In this document: in pieces, positions 35,412-45,918 of the stretch
Numbering within the stretch: the first letter of the stretch is position 1
Layout: each line of letters begins with the position of its first letter
Origin: Bacillota bacterium
GTDB lineage: Bacteria; Bacillota; Clostridia; Christensenellales; CAG-138
Assembly: GCA_023395595.1 (NCBI GenBank)
Contig: JAEWYO010000060.1
Location: 106,704 to 170,703, forward strand
Reading direction: 5' to 3'
DNA: 64,000 nucleotides
Notes under the pieces: model-generated
Database searches by the model: none
The model's input: the letters and a program-made list of their open reading frames with translations, nothing else
Told to the model about the DNA's origin: nothing
Translations under genes and position numbers: made by a program

Positions 35412-37508
35412 ATGGAAAGAAACTTCCAAATGCAGCTTGGCGGCAAGACGCTCATCGTCGAAACCGGCAAGTACGCCGAACAGGCGGGCGGAAGCGTACT
35501 CGTCCGCATGGGCGACACGGCGGTGCTGGTCTGCGCGACCATTGCAAAGACCGCGCGTGACGGCGTGGATTTTCTGCCGCTTTCGGTGGAATATCAAGAA
35601 AAACTCTACTCAGTGGGCAAGATTCCCGGCGGATTCATCAAGCGTGAAGGTCGTCCAACCGATCGTGCGATCCTCAGCTCGCGCCTTATCGACCGCCCGC
35701 TGCGTCCGCTGTTCCCGAAAGGGTTCTATAACGACGTGCAGGTGGTTGCCACCGTCCTCTCTGTGGAGCAGGACGTGCAGCCGGACATCCTCGCGATGAT
35801 CGGTTCCTCTGCAGCGCTCGCCATCAGCGAAGCGCCGTTCTCGGGACCCACGGGTTCTGTTGCGGTTGGCATGGTGGATGGAGAGTTCATCATCAATCCC
35901 GATGTTGCCCAGCGCGACAAGAGCCGCCTGAGCCTCGTGGTTGCGGGCACCAAAGACGCGGTCATGATGGTTGAAGCCGGCGCAAACGAGGTCTCGGAAG
36001 ACGAGATGCTCAATGCAATCCTCTTTGCGCATGAAGAGATCAAAAAGATCGTCAGCTTCCTTGCCGACATTGAAGCCCAGATCGGCAAAGAAAAGCTGGA
36101 ACCGGTGATCTATCATCCCAACGAAGAACTGGAAGCGAAGATTCGCGCCTATGCGTTCGACAAGGTCGTCTGGTCGCTGGATACATTTGATCGCCATGAG
36201 CGCGAGGTGCGCAGCGAACAGGTGAAGGCAGAAACGGTTGAAGCGTTCAAAGAAGAATACCCCGAGTCCGCGAAGGATGTCGGTGCGGTGCTCTACACGC
36301 TCACCAAAGAAGTCGTTCGCGACAAGATCATCAACAAAAAAATCCGTCCCGACGGACGCGCACAGGATGAGATTCGCCCGATTTGGAGCGAGGTTGGCAT
36401 CCTGAACCGCACGCACGGCAGCGCGGTCTTCACCCGCGGACAGACGCAGGTCATGACCATTGCCACGCTCGGTACGATTTCTGAAGCGCAGTCGCTCGAC
36501 GGGCTCTCGCTCGAAGAGAGCAAGCGCTATATGCACCAGTACAATATGCCGCCGTACAGCGTTGGCGAAGCCAAGCCCATGCGTGGCGTTGGCCGCCGCG
36601 AAATCGGCCACGGCGCTCTTGCAGAGCGCGCGCTGGAGCCGGTGTTGCCGAGCGAAGCGGAGTTTCCGTACTGCATGCGCCTCGTGAGCGAGGTCATCAG
36701 CTCCAACGGTTCCACCTCGCAGGCTTCCATTTGCGCAAGCACACTGGCGCTTCTGGATGCGGGCGTACCGATCAAGAAATCCGTTGCCGGCGTTGCGATG
36801 GGCCTCATCAAGGATGACTCTACCGGCAATATCGCGATTCTGACGGACATCCAGGGCCTTGAAGACTTCCTTGGCGACATGGACTTCAAGGTTGCCGGTA
36901 CGCGCGATGGCATCACCGCCATCCAGATGGACATCAAGATCAAGGGCATCAACCGCGAAATCCTCACCCGTGCGCTGGAACAGGCGCGCAAAGGGCGTAT
37001 GTTCATCCTTGACAAGATGGACGAAACTCTCCGTGAGCCGCGTGCGGAACTCTCACCCTATGCGCCGCGCATCATCACGTTTACGATCAACCCGGACAAG
37101 ATTCGCGAAGTCATCGGCAGCGGCGGCAAGGTCATCAACAAGATCATTGCCGATACCGGCGTGAAGATCGACATCGAGGACAACGGCACAGTCTACATTG
37201 CCTCGCCCGACTCTGCTGCCGCGGCGGAAGCCAAGCGCATCATCGACGGCATCGTCAAAGAGATCGAAGTGGGCGATGTCTACCTCGGCACCGTGGTTGG
37301 CATCAAGGATTTCGGCGCGTTCATCAACCTCAAACCCGGCACGGATGGACTGCTGCACATCTCCCGCATCGCCAACAAGCGCGTGGAGAAGGTGGAAGAC
37401 GTTCTCTCCATGGGTGAGCAGGTGCTGGTCCGCGTCATTGAGATCGACGCCAAAACCGGCAAAATCAGCCTGACCCGCAAGGACATGCTCCCGCCGGAAA
37501 AGGAGTAA
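35412..37508 (+). CDS. pnp: Polyribonucleotide nucleotidyltransferase (PNPase)
   Basis: Two RNase PH domains plus KH plus S1 ([21 protein letters not shown]). SD GAAGGAG before the ATG at 35412. Confidence 0.95.
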   Translation: MERNFQMQLGGKTLIVETGKYAEQAGGSVLVRMGDTAVLVCATIAKTARDGVDFLPLSVEYQEKLYSVGKIPGGFIKREGRPTDRAILSSRLIDRPLRPLFPKGFYNDVQVVATVLSVEQDVQPDILAMIGSSAALAISEAPFSGPTGSVAVGMVDGEFIINPDVAQRDKSRLSLVVAGTKDAVMMVEAGANEVSEDEMLNAILFAHEEIKKIVSFLADIEAQIGKEKLEPVIYHPNEELEAKIRAYAFDKVVWSLDTFDRHEREVRSEQVKAETVEAFKEEYPESAKDVGAVLYTLTKEVVRDKIINKKIRPDGRAQDEIRPIWSEVGILNRTHGSAVFTRGQTQVMTIATLGTISEAQSLDGLSLEESKRYMHQYNMPPYSVGEAKPMRGVGRREIGHGALAERALEPVLPSEAEFPYCMRLVSEVISSNGSTSQASICASTLALLDAGVPIKKSVAGVAMGLIKDDSTGNIAILTDIQGLEDFLGDMDFKVAGTRDGITAIQMDIKIKGINREILTRALEQARKGRMFILDKMDETLREPRAELSPYAPRIITFTINPDKIREVIGSGGKVINKIIADTGVKIDIEDNGTVYIASPDSAAAAEAKRIIDGIVKEIEVGDVYLGTVVGIKDFGAFINLKPGTDGLLHISRIANKRVEKVEDVLSMGEQVLVRVIEIDAKTGKISLTRKDMLPPEKE

Positions 37509-37532
37509 GTTCCGAAGCGAAACACACCAATC

Positions 37533-37558
37533 AGGGCGCGGCGGCAACGCCGCGCCCT
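37533..37558 (+). terminator. GC-rich hairpin after pnp (probable terminator; weak U-tail)
   Basis: AGGGCGCGGCG-gcaa-CGCCGCGCCCT, then TCGTATCT. Confidence 0.55.
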
Positions 37559-37711
37559 TCGTATCTGCAAGAGGGCATACCGCATAGATGAAGCCGCGGC
37601 TTTCGTCTGGAATGCATTTGTGGTAGAATACAAAATTGCAAGCCGTGATCCGCGCAAGAGAAGGTGCTGGCATCCGAAAGGAGAGCACACCTTCGGAAGG
37701 AATGAAAACGC

Positions 37712-38971
37712 ATGATACACCAAAAGACGCTGCCAAACGGCATTCGCCTGATTTATGAAAAAATGGAACACGTCCGCTCTGTGAGCATGGGTGTATGGGT
37801 AGACACCGGCTCTGTACGCGAAACGCAGGAGACGGCGGGTGCTTCACACCTGATTGAGCACATGGTGTTCAAAGGCACTCAGCGCAGAAACGCGGAACAG
37901 ATTGCAATCGAAATGGACGCGATCGGCGGCAACATCAATGCCTTTACGAGCAAGGAAAACACTTGCTTCTACGCAAAGGTACTGGATGAACACCTCGATC
38001 TTGTCTCCGACGTGCTCTCGGACATCACGTTTCATAGCGTATTTGACCCCGAGGAGCTGAAAAAAGAGCAGGGCGTCGTACTTGAAGAAATCCTGATGAA
38101 CGAGGACAGCCCGGAAGACCTCTCTGGCGAAGAGAGCAACATGCTCTTCTTTGGTGACGAGGCGCTGGCAAGCCCGATTCTCGGCAGTAAGGAGAGTGTG
38201 CGTGCGTTCACCCGTGAATCGCTGCTTGCCTACAAAAACGAATTTTACGTGCCAAACAACATCGTCGTTTCCTGCGCGGGAAACTTCGAGGAGCAGGCAT
38301 TGATCGATTCTGTCACGCGCTGGTTCGACGCGCCCGCTTCCGCACGCGCGACCACGCCGATGATGCAACGCTATCCCGGCGGAAAGCGCGAGAAATTTGT
38401 CGAAAAAGATGTTGAACAGGTGCATATCTGCCTGACGCTGCCCGGCTTTGCCAGAGACAGTGAAGGGCAATATCCGCTTGCGGTGCTATCCAACATCCTC
38501 GGCGGGAGCATGAGTTCACGCTTGTTTCAGTCCATTCGTGAGAAGCTTGGTCTTGCGTACTCCGTCTATTCCTACCCGACGAGTTACACAGGCACGGGCA
38601 CGCTAACACTGTATGCCGGAACCGGTGAAAAGCAGGCGAAAGAAGTCCTCAGCCGCATGGTGGAGGAGATGGAGCGCGTGCGCAAAGAAGGCGTGACCAA
38701 AGAAGAACTCCTGCGCTGCCGTGACCAGCTCAAGGGCAGCTACCTTCTGGGCATGGAGTCCTCCGGTGCGCGTATGAACGCGTTGGGTAAGACCCTGCTG
38801 TTACAAAAACGTGAATATAGCGAACAGGAGACGCTCCGCAGAATTGAATGTGTTACAATGGAAGATATTGAACGCATTCTGCCTGTCTGCCTTGAGCTGA
38901 GCCAAGCCAGCACCGCACTGGTCGGCAGAGTCAAGAAACAGAAGAGCGCGTTGCTGGACGTGCTTCGCTGA
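37712..38971 (+). CDS. M16-family zinc peptidase (pitrilysin/insulinase-like)
   Basis: The HxxEH zinc motif sits in GASHLIEHMVFKGT. Position after pnp is the same as mlpA/ymxG in Bacillus. Confidence 0.85.
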   Translation: MIHQKTLPNGIRLIYEKMEHVRSVSMGVWVDTGSVRETQETAGASHLIEHMVFKGTQRRNAEQIAIEMDAIGGNINAFTSKENTCFYAKVLDEHLDLVSDVLSDITFHSVFDPEELKKEQGVVLEEILMNEDSPEDLSGEESNMLFFGDEALASPILGSKESVRAFTRESLLAYKNEFYVPNNIVVSCAGNFEEQALIDSVTRWFDAPASARATTPMMQRYPGGKREKFVEKDVEQVHICLTLPGFARDSEGQYPLAVLSNILGGSMSSRLFQSIREKLGLAYSVYSYPTSYTGTGTLTLYAGTGEKQAKEVLSRMVEEMERVRKEGVTKEELLRCRDQLKGSYLLGMESSGARMNALGKTLLLQKREYSEQETLRRIECVTMEDIERILPVCLELSQASTALVGRVKKQKSALLDVLR

Positions 38972-39022
38972 CGAACAAGACGATCACCAACCCCCTTTTC
39001 AAACCGGACGGAGGAAACCAAC

Positions 39023-39394
39023 TTGGATAAGCTGGATGTGATTTTTCAACTGCAAGAGTCGCTGGATAGTGACATCGCTTCTCGCAGAAACCTCTCTTTT
39101 TCGCGCGAGGAATGGATGCAAAAAGAAGTACTCGCCATGATCTCGGAGCTTTCCGAGGTGCTTGACGAGGTGAATTTTAAGTGGTGGAAAAACCCGAAGC
39201 CGGTTGACGATGCCGCCCTGAAGGGGGAACTGGTCGATGTGTTGCACTTTTTCGTAAGTATGTGCCTCAAAAGTGGCATGACGGCGGAAGAGTTGTTCTC
39301 ACTCTACAAAGCGAAGAATCAGGAGAACTTTGATCGCCAGTACGGCAGGTCTGAAAAGCAGGGTTACGAAATTGGCGGTGAAACGAATGGCTAA
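39023..39394 (+). CDS. All-alpha NTP pyrophosphohydrolase, dimeric dUTPase-like
   Basis: TTG start. ...EVLDEVNFKWWKNPKPVD...ELVDVLHFFVSMCL resembles the dimeric dUTPase/MazG-like family. By-eye call. Confidence 0.6.
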   Translation: MDKLDVIFQLQESLDSDIASRRNLSFSREEWMQKEVLAMISELSEVLDEVNFKWWKNPKPVDDAALKGELVDVLHFFVSMCLKSGMTAEELFSLYKAKNQENFDRQYGRSEKQGYEIGGETNG

Positions 39395-40580
39395 ATCGAA
39401 AGTACGCATCAAAGGCCGCTTCTTCATGATGATTCTGATCCTCGTGGGGTTCATCGCGCTGGTGGTCATCGTCGCAAATGCGCTGAAAAAGACCGGCGAA
39501 ATCGAGTTTGGTTCTCTTGGCGCAGACATGGAGGTCAACGCTGCGATCATCCGCGACGAGAAGGTTATCATGTCTGAACCATACGAAAAAATCACGTTTG
39601 ACGTGGTGGAAGGCGAAACGGTCAACAATGATCAGGTTATCGCCCAGCTCTACAAGCGCGGTTATCAAGACGAGACGATGGTCACGCTGCTCAACCTGCA
39701 AAAGCAGATTTACGATTATCAGATACAGTTGCTCGGCGGGCAAGTGCCGCAGGAGTTGCTCGATCTCAACAACAGTATCGACGAAGTGGAAAAGCAGATT
39801 CGCGCCGTCTCCCGCGGGCAGAGCAAGTTGGATATGCTGGATCTGGAGCAGACGCTCAAAGATCTTGAAACCCAGCGCACGGCGCTGATGCTGACCATCG
39901 TGACGCCGGACGCAACGCTCACGCAGCTCTACAGCGACCTCAAGAGCCAGCAGAACGTGATGAGCGGCTGGAAGCGGGACATCAAAAACACCTCCGGCAC
40001 GGGTATCGTGAGCTTTTATTTTGACGGTTATGAGCAGGTGCTCAGCGTCAACAAACTCTCGACAATCAACTCTGCGCTGGTCAAAAATGTGGTCAACGGT
40101 GGCAACACCGCCAAGAATGCGGATTCCACCAGTGAGGTGCCGCTCTATCGCATCATCAACAACACACATTGGTATATCGCGTTTGTGACGAACTCCAGCG
40201 ATCCCATGCGCCTCGCCGAAGGGGAACAATACAGCGTACTTTTCCAGAATTATTCCGACCAGCAGTTTACGGCGACTGCGCGCGCAAGCCAGGTCTCTGA
40301 AAAATCGGTTGTCAACGTTCTGGAGTTCAACACCGATATCGGCAAACTCATCGGAACCCGAACGGTTGCTGCGACCATCAGTAAGTCTGCGCAGGGCTTG
40401 GTTGTGCCGCTGAGTGCCATCGAGATCGTTGCCGGTGTGCCGGGGCTTAACATTTCCTATGGTGATTCAGTGCTGCGGGTTGAGGTGGATATTCTCGCGC
40501 AGAGCGAGAATAAGGCGGTCATCCGGGCGAAGAATGCGTCGGATAATCTCACCGCCGGAATGAAGTATCTCAAGCCATGA
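39387..40580 (+). CDS. HlyD/membrane-fusion-like protein (N-terminal TM, coiled coil, beta-barrel)
   Basis: TM FFMMILILVGFIALVVIV. Lipoyl-like hairpin (VVEGETVNNDQVIAQL), long coiled coil, C-terminal beta-rich region. The family call is tentative. Confidence 0.55.
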   Translation: MAKSKVRIKGRFFMMILILVGFIALVVIVANALKKTGEIEFGSLGADMEVNAAIIRDEKVIMSEPYEKITFDVVEGETVNNDQVIAQLYKRGYQDETMVTLLNLQKQIYDYQIQLLGGQVPQELLDLNNSIDEVEKQIRAVSRGQSKLDMLDLEQTLKDLETQRTALMLTIVTPDATLTQLYSDLKSQQNVMSGWKRDIKNTSGTGIVSFYFDGYEQVLSVNKLSTINSALVKNVVNGGNTAKNADSTSEVPLYRIINNTHWYIAFVTNSSDPMRLAEGEQYSVLFQNYSDQQFTATARASQVSEKSVVNVLEFNTDIGKLIGTRTVAATISKSAQGLVVPLSAIEIVAGVPGLNISYGDSVLRVEVDILAQSENKAVIRAKNASDNLTAGMKYLKP

Positions 40581-41269
40581 CGCAGATCGCACAAAACATT
40601 ACCGAGGTTCGCGAAGAGATCGCAAGCGCGTGCCTGCGCTCCGGGCGAACACCGCAGAGCGTACAGCTCATCGCCGTTTCCAAGTACCAAAGCCTGGAGA
40701 ATATGGCAGAGGCGGTTGCGGCGGGGATTCTCACGTTTGGGGAGAATCACGCCCAAGAATTGACTGAAAAGAAAACTTTTTTTGAACAGCAAGGTTGCAG
40801 AGTGCATTTTATTGGACAACTGCAAACGAATAAGATAAAATATGTCTGCGGTTTTGCCGACCTTGTTGAGTCGGTTGACCGGCAAAATCTCGCGCAGCAG
40901 TTGCAGCAAAAAGCGCAGCTGCGCGGCATTGTGCAGGATATTTTGATCCAGGTCAACATCGGTGCGGAGGACCAAAAAGGTGGCGTGCGCGATGAGGACT
41001 TGGATTCTTTCGCGGAATCTTTGGCGCAGTATACCAATCTACGCCTGCGCGGGCTGATGTGCGTTCCGCCGGCGGTAGAGCCGGAGGAAGCGCGGACATA
41101 TTTTCGCAAGATGCGCCTGCATTTTGAGCAGCTACAGGCACGAATGGACTGCGCAGTATTCGACACGCTTTCGATGGGTATGAGCCACGATTTTACCGTT
41201 GCCATCGAAGAGGGAGCAACGCAGGTGCGCGTCGGTTCCCGCATCTTTGGCGCGAGAGACAGAAAATGA
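40577..41269 (+). CDS. yggS: YggS/YlmE-family pyridoxal-phosphate homeostasis protein
   Basis: LIAVSKYQS (PLP lysine), HFIGQLQTNKIKY, LSMGMSHDF. Confidence 0.9.
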   Translation: MTQIAQNITEVREEIASACLRSGRTPQSVQLIAVSKYQSLENMAEAVAAGILTFGENHAQELTEKKTFFEQQGCRVHFIGQLQTNKIKYVCGFADLVESVDRQNLAQQLQQKAQLRGIVQDILIQVNIGAEDQKGGVRDEDLDSFAESLAQYTNLRLRGLMCVPPAVEPEEARTYFRKMRLHFEQLQARMDCAVFDTLSMGMSHDFTVAIEEGATQVRVGSRIFGARDRK

Positions 41270-41379
41270 ACAACATCCTCGCGTGCAGGTTCCCAGATAA
41301 ATTGGCACGCAAAACAGAAAAATTTTGAGAGAATGCCCCGGGGGAATGCCTTGGGCTGACGGTTTTCGGAGGAAGACGG

Positions 41380-41859
41380 ATGGCAAGCCTTTATACAAAA
41401 TTCCTGGATTTTATCGGAATTGAGGAGAGCGAAGAGCAGGACGACGAGCGCAGAGACGATGGATATTACCGCGATGACGCACCTGAGCGTGCGGTCGGCG
41501 GTGCATTCAGCAACAGCCGTCCCGCCGCCGCGGCACCGAACCGCAGAAGCGAGCGCGGGCAGAGCACGTCCGGCGCAAATCTCCCTATCTCCGGCGGAAT
41601 GAAGATGATCGTGTATCACCCCGTGAGCTACGAGGATACGCAGAGCATCATCGACAATCTAAAAAACAGGAAGCCGGTCATCGTCAACATGGAAGAGCTG
41701 GAGCTGGACACAGCGCAGCGCATTCTGGACTTTCTCTCCGGCGCTGTCTACGCGCTCAACGGCACTATGTGCAAGATTTCGCGCGGGATTTTCGTCGTTG
41801 CGCCGAACAACTATGACGTTGTCGGCAACGGCGAGGATGACTACGGCGATCTGGTTTGA
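41380..41859 (+). CDS. sepF: Cell division protein SepF
   Basis: The C-terminal domain YEDTQSIIDNLKNRKPVIVNMEELELDTAQRILDFLSGAVYALNG is canonical SepF. Confidence 0.9.
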   Translation: MASLYTKFLDFIGIEESEEQDDERRDDGYYRDDAPERAVGGAFSNSRPAAAAPNRRSERGQSTSGANLPISGGMKMIVYHPVSYEDTQSIIDNLKNRKPVIVNMEELELDTAQRILDFLSGAVYALNGTMCKISRGIFVVAPNNYDVVGNGEDDYGDLV

Positions 41860-41889
41860 GCAACAGCCGCATAACGAAACAGAATTCAC

Positions 41890-41922
41890 TGGCACATCAG
41901 AGCGTTGGTGTGCCATTTTTTT
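41890..41922 (+). terminator. Intrinsic terminator after sepF
   Basis: TGGCACA-tcagagcgttgg-TGTGCCA followed by TTTTTTT. It lies inside the 41905 ORF extension, which supports the 41980 start for divIVA. Confidence 0.8.
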
Positions 41923-41979
41923 CCAGAGACGCTATGCAAACATTCGCAGCCAAAGTCTTTCGGCAGGAGGGCAAGAACG

Positions 41980-42831
41980 ATGCGCATTGATGAAATCGTG
42001 AACCACGTCTTCACACGCGCCTTTATGGGATATGACATCGAGCAGGTCGATGTGTTTCTGGACGAAATCATCGAAACCCTGGAGAGATATGAGGCGGAAA
42101 AGCGCGAAATGCTCGCCGCGATGGAATACCTGATGCGTAAGTTGGAGCACGGACAAAAGGTGCCGTTTGCGGACATGAAGAAGGAGATCGACTCCGGCAG
42201 ACGGCAAGGGAACGCAGCCTTGCCCGGTGGCGAACTGGCTCAGGACGAACAGAAGCCCGCCGCGCGCTCGATTAGCCGCGGAAACGGCGCGAACAAACCC
42301 ATTCGCGCGCCAAAGGTCAACCGCGTCAAGCGGGAGGAAGAGGCAAAGGCGCAGATCATCGAAGAAGCGAAAGCCGCCATCCCGCAGGAGGAGTTGACGC
42401 AGGATGAGGCAGATCGCCGCGCAAAGCGGATGTCCGCCGCCGCTGTCAACTGGCTTGACGAGTTGCTGATCAACATCGCAGAGCACGAGACGCGGGAGCG
42501 AGAAACACCCGATTCTGCGCAGCAGGCAACCCAACCCGCGGAAGAACCGAAGGTGGAGTCCGATGCCAATCCGCAGTCCACGTCGCAGCCTACGCCGCAA
42601 CCTGCGCCAAAGGCGACGTACTCGCCAAAGCCTGCGCCGAAGGCGACGTATACACCAAAGCCTGCGTCGCAGCCGACCGGGCAAGCAACGCCCGTGCCAA
42701 AACCGCAAGAGCCGTTGAATCCCAAACTGAATGAATCCGCCGCGCAACAGCCGGCAACGCAGACGCAGGAGAATGACGCGGCATCCATGCTCCAGAAGAT
42801 CTTTCAGCAGGCAGACCATGATGATGAGTAA
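41980..42831 (+). CDS. divIVA: DivIVA-domain protein with long disordered C-terminal tail
   Basis: MRIDEIVNHVFTRAFMGYDIEQVDVFLDEIIETLE (DivIVA N-terminal domain). SD AGGAGGG. Confidence 0.85.
   Translation: MRIDEIVNHVFTRAFMGYDIEQVDVFLDEIIETLERYEAEKREMLAAMEYLMRKLEHGQKVPFADMKKEIDSGRRQGNAALPGGELAQDEQKPAARSISRGNGANKPIRAPKVNRVKREEEAKAQIIEEAKAAIPQEELTQDEADRRAKRMSAAAVNWLDELLINIAEHETRERETPDSAQQATQPAEEPKVESDANPQSTSQPTPQPAPKATYSPKPAPKATYTPKPASQPTGQATPVPKPQEPLNPKLNESAAQQPATQTQENDAASMLQKIFQQADHDDE
42601..42667 (+). repeat. 30-nt in-frame tandem repeat (2.2 copies) in the DivIVA tail: PAPKATY(S/T)PK
   Basis: cctgcgccaaaggcgacgtactcgccaaag / cctgcgccgaaggcgacgtatacaccaaag / cctgcgt... Confidence 0.8.
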
Positions 42832-42932
42832 ACGCGTTTCCTGACGCATGGTCAAGATTTGCGGGTTATTTGGATAGAAGCACACGAGCAAACGGTTTGA
42901 TCGACAGGATCAGATAGAAAGAAACAGGTAGT

Positions 42933-44858
42933 ATGGCCAAACAAAAGAATGCCTTTCCGCCCGTCAGCCGCGAGGAGATGCGCGCACGAGGCATCGATCA
43001 ACTCGATTTTGTCTTCATCAGCGGGGATGCGTATATCGACCATCCCAGCTTCGGCGCGGCAATTATCACCCGTGTGCTCGAAAGCAGGGGTTACAGCGTC
43101 GGCATCATCGCGCAGCCGGACTGGCACAGTGTGGAGCCGTTTCGCGTACTCGGCAAGCCTAAGCTTGCGTTTCTGATCTCCTCCGGCAACATCGACAGCA
43201 TGGTCAATCATTATTCCGTCTCTGGATCGCGGAGAACGACAGACGTATACACCGAAGAAGGCGTAGCCGGAAAGCGACCGGATCGCGCGACCATCGTCTA
43301 CGCCAACCGTTGTAAGCAGGCGTATTCAGGTGTTCCACTGGTTATCGGCGGTATCGAGGCTAGCCTTCGCCGGTTTGCACACTATGACTATTGGGACGAT
43401 CGCGTTCGCCACAGCATCCTCTACGATGCGTGCGCGGACATCCTGATCTACGGCATGGGGGAGCGCACGATCGTGAAGGTTGCGGATGCGCTCAAGTCGG
43501 GCAAGCCGGTTGCGGAGATTACGGATATCCCAGGCACCTGCGTGCGCGTCAATACTGCCGACGGCAGGGAGGGCGCGGTCATGCTGCCCTCGTACAACGA
43601 GGTTGTCAAAGACAAGCGCAAATATGCCGAAGCATTTGCCGCGCAGACGCGGGAACAGGATGCCGTGCGCGGCAAACACCTGCTTCAGCCGCATGAAAAA
43701 GGGCTTGTGCTCTGTAATCCACCCGCAATGCCGCTCTCAACCAAGGAGCTGGATGAGGTATACGCCCTGCCATATACGCGAAAACCGCATCCCATGTATC
43801 GCGGGCACATCCCCGCGATCGACGAGGTTTCGTTCTCTGTGACGTCCGCGCGCGGGTGCTTTGGTAACTGCAACTTTTGCGCACTGACATTTCACCAGGG
43901 TCGCGTTGTTACGGGGAGAAGCCACGCATCGATCCTAGTCGAGGCGGAAAAGATGACCTGGGACCCGGACTTCAAGGGATATATCCACGACGTCGGTGGG
44001 CCAACGGCAAACTTCCGCCATCCGGCCTGCGCAAAGCAGCTCAAGAGTGGCGTGTGTGCGGATCGGCAATGCATCGGTTTTACCGCCTGCAAACAACTCG
44101 ACACATCCGAAGACGACTATGTCGCGCTGCTGCGAAAGATGCGCGAACTGCCGCGCGTAAAAAAAGTGTTTGTGCGCAGCGGGGTGCGGTATGATTACGC
44201 AATGCTGGATCGCGACGATACTTTCCTGCACGAACTGATTGAGCACCACGTCAGCGGACAGCTCAAGGTCGCGCCGGAGCATGTTTCCGACCGGGTACTG
44301 AAGTATATGAACAAGCCTCCGCACGCGGTCTATGAGCGCTTTGTGCAAAAATATGAGGCGATCAACAAGAGCCTCGGCATGCGGCAATTTCTTGTGCCGT
44401 ATTTGATCAGCTCGCACCCGGGCAGCAATATTCAAGACGCGATTGAACTCGCGCTCTATCTCAAGGAGAAAAATTACCGGCCGGAGCAGGTGCAGGATTT
44501 TTATCCCACGCCGGGCACCGCCTCCACGTGCATGTACCATACGGGGCTTGATCCCGTGACCATGCAGCCGGTCTATGTGGCCAAATCGCGCGAAGAGAAG
44601 GCGATGCAGCGCGTGCTGATGCAGTGCCACATCCGCAGAAACTGGCCGCTTGTTCGCAAAGCGCTGCGCTCGGCCGACCGCGAAGACCTCATCGGCAGCG
44701 GACGAAACTGTCTTGTTCCGCCGGATTATCTCTCACCGGACGAACAGCGCGCAAACCCGGCAAGGCGCTCACAGCAGCATGGCGGAAACGCTCCGCGCGG
44801 CGGCGGAAAGAAAAAAGCGGGCAAGGGTGGCTATCCGCCACGGCGCGGCAGAGGCTGA
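42933..44858 (+). CDS. ygiQ: YgiQ-family radical SAM protein (UPF0313)
   Basis: N-terminal FVFISGDAYIDHPSFG. Radical-SAM cluster ARGCFGNCNFC. Basic C-terminal tail. Confidence 0.85.
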   Translation: MAKQKNAFPPVSREEMRARGIDQLDFVFISGDAYIDHPSFGAAIITRVLESRGYSVGIIAQPDWHSVEPFRVLGKPKLAFLISSGNIDSMVNHYSVSGSRRTTDVYTEEGVAGKRPDRATIVYANRCKQAYSGVPLVIGGIEASLRRFAHYDYWDDRVRHSILYDACADILIYGMGERTIVKVADALKSGKPVAEITDIPGTCVRVNTADGREGAVMLPSYNEVVKDKRKYAEAFAAQTREQDAVRGKHLLQPHEKGLVLCNPPAMPLSTKELDEVYALPYTRKPHPMYRGHIPAIDEVSFSVTSARGCFGNCNFCALTFHQGRVVTGRSHASILVEAEKMTWDPDFKGYIHDVGGPTANFRHPACAKQLKSGVCADRQCIGFTACKQLDTSEDDYVALLRKMRELPRVKKVFVRSGVRYDYAMLDRDDTFLHELIEHHVSGQLKVAPEHVSDRVLKYMNKPPHAVYERFVQKYEAINKSLGMRQFLVPYLISSHPGSNIQDAIELALYLKEKNYRPEQVQDFYPTPGTASTCMYHTGLDPVTMQPVYVAKSREEKAMQRVLMQCHIRRNWPLVRKALRSADREDLIGSGRNCLVPPDYLSPDEQRANPARRSQQHGGNAPRGGGKKKAGKGGYPPRRGRG

Positions 44859-44915
44859 GACAAAAAAACACGCCCAAACACGCGCGAAAATCGCAGAAGC
44901 GGGCGTGTGAATCCC

Positions 44916-44944
44916 TTGACAAAACACGGATGAACCGATACAAT
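44916..44944 (+). promoter_or_regulatory. Near-consensus promoter of yceD-rpmF (TTGACA-17-TACAAT)
   Basis: TTGACA aaacacggatgaaccga TACAAT. Confidence 0.6.
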
Positions 44945-45035
44945 ACTTAAGGTTGCGTGGAAGCGCGCGGTAGTTTTGTGCGCGCTGGCAGGTAGGAGCG
45001 CGCCGATTTCCTCGGCGGTAAAGGCGGTGGAGATC

Positions 45036-45503
45036 ATGCGAATTCGAGTTGCAAACGCCATTCGGCAAACAGGGGAGCTGTTTTCCTTTGAAGCGGCAGA
45101 GTTGTTTTCCGAGCAGGTGTATGGCGAACGAACCATTTCCTTCGCACAACCGGTTACGGTCAGCGGAACGTATGTCTACGACGGCAAGGCGTTTACGGTG
45201 AGCGGCAAGGCACAAGCCTCCATTCACACCGAGTGCGCCAGATGCACAAAGCTCTTTGCCGAGCGCATCGCGTTTTCCTTTTCGGAGCGATTTGTAAAAG
45301 GAGAAGACGACGCGTCCGACGACGAGACCTATCCATATTCGGGAGACGAGCTTTTGCTCGACAAAGCCGTGTTGGACAATCTTTTTTTAGAGATTCCCAT
45401 CGCGAGCATCTGCCGGGAGGATTGCAAGGGCTTATGCCCCGTCTGCGGCGTGGATCGTAACACAACCACTTGCGATTGCACCATAGAGGAAGCCGAAGTC
45501 TAA
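45036..45503 (+). CDS. yceD: YceD/DUF177 family protein (ribosome-assembly associated)
   Basis: C-terminal CREDCKGLCPVCGVDRNTTTCDC. Conserved pairing with rpmF. Confidence 0.85.
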   Translation: MRIRVANAIRQTGELFSFEAAELFSEQVYGERTISFAQPVTVSGTYVYDGKAFTVSGKAQASIHTECARCTKLFAERIAFSFSERFVKGEDDASDDETYPYSGDELLLDKAVLDNLFLEIPIASICREDCKGLCPVCGVDRNTTTCDCTIEEAEV

Positions 45504-45544
45504 CCAGACCAACGGCTATCAGATGAAGAATAGGAGGGATTATC

Positions 45545-45745
45545 ATGGCAGTACCCAAGAGAAAAACGTCCAAGGCAAGGCGTGATTCGCGCAGAGCGTC
45601 CAACTTCAAAGTTGCGGAAGTGCAGCTCGGTGAGTGCCCGCAGTGCCACTCGCTTGTACCGTCCCACACGGTATGCAAGACGTGCGGGTATTACGGCGGC
45701 AAGCTGGTCGTCGACATGGAACAGAAGGAAAAGAAGAACGCCTGA
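45545..45745 (+). CDS. rpmF: 50S ribosomal protein L32
   Basis: MAVPKRKTSKARRDSRRA... with a CPQC...CKTCG zinc ribbon. Confidence 0.95.
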   Translation: MAVPKRKTSKARRDSRRASNFKVAEVQLGECPQCHSLVPSHTVCKTCGYYGGKLVVDMEQKEKKNA

Positions 45746-45799
45746 TCATCCATCCTTCGAAATATGTCGAACCCTTCGACAGCAAGTTTTGCAAAAGCA

Positions 45800-45838
45800 A
45801 AGAGACTTCTCGTGCCTTCTGACACGGGAAGTCTTTTT
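45800..45838 (+). terminator. Intrinsic terminator after rpmF
   Basis: 15-bp stem AAGAGACTTCTCGTG-ccttctga-CACGGGAAGTCTTTT (two G-U pairs), then T. Confidence 0.8.
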
Positions 45839-45889
45839 GCTTGGCTTTTGCGCGCTTGAACGAGAATGATCCCAAAACGCCGCAATGCG

Positions 45890-45918
45890 TTGCGAAAACG
45901 CCGGATTTTTCGTATAAT
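45890..45918 (+). promoter_or_regulatory. Candidate plsX promoter (TTGCGA-17-TATAAT)
   Basis: TTGCGA aaacgccggatttttcg TATAAT. Predicts a ~125-nt leader. Confidence 0.5.
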
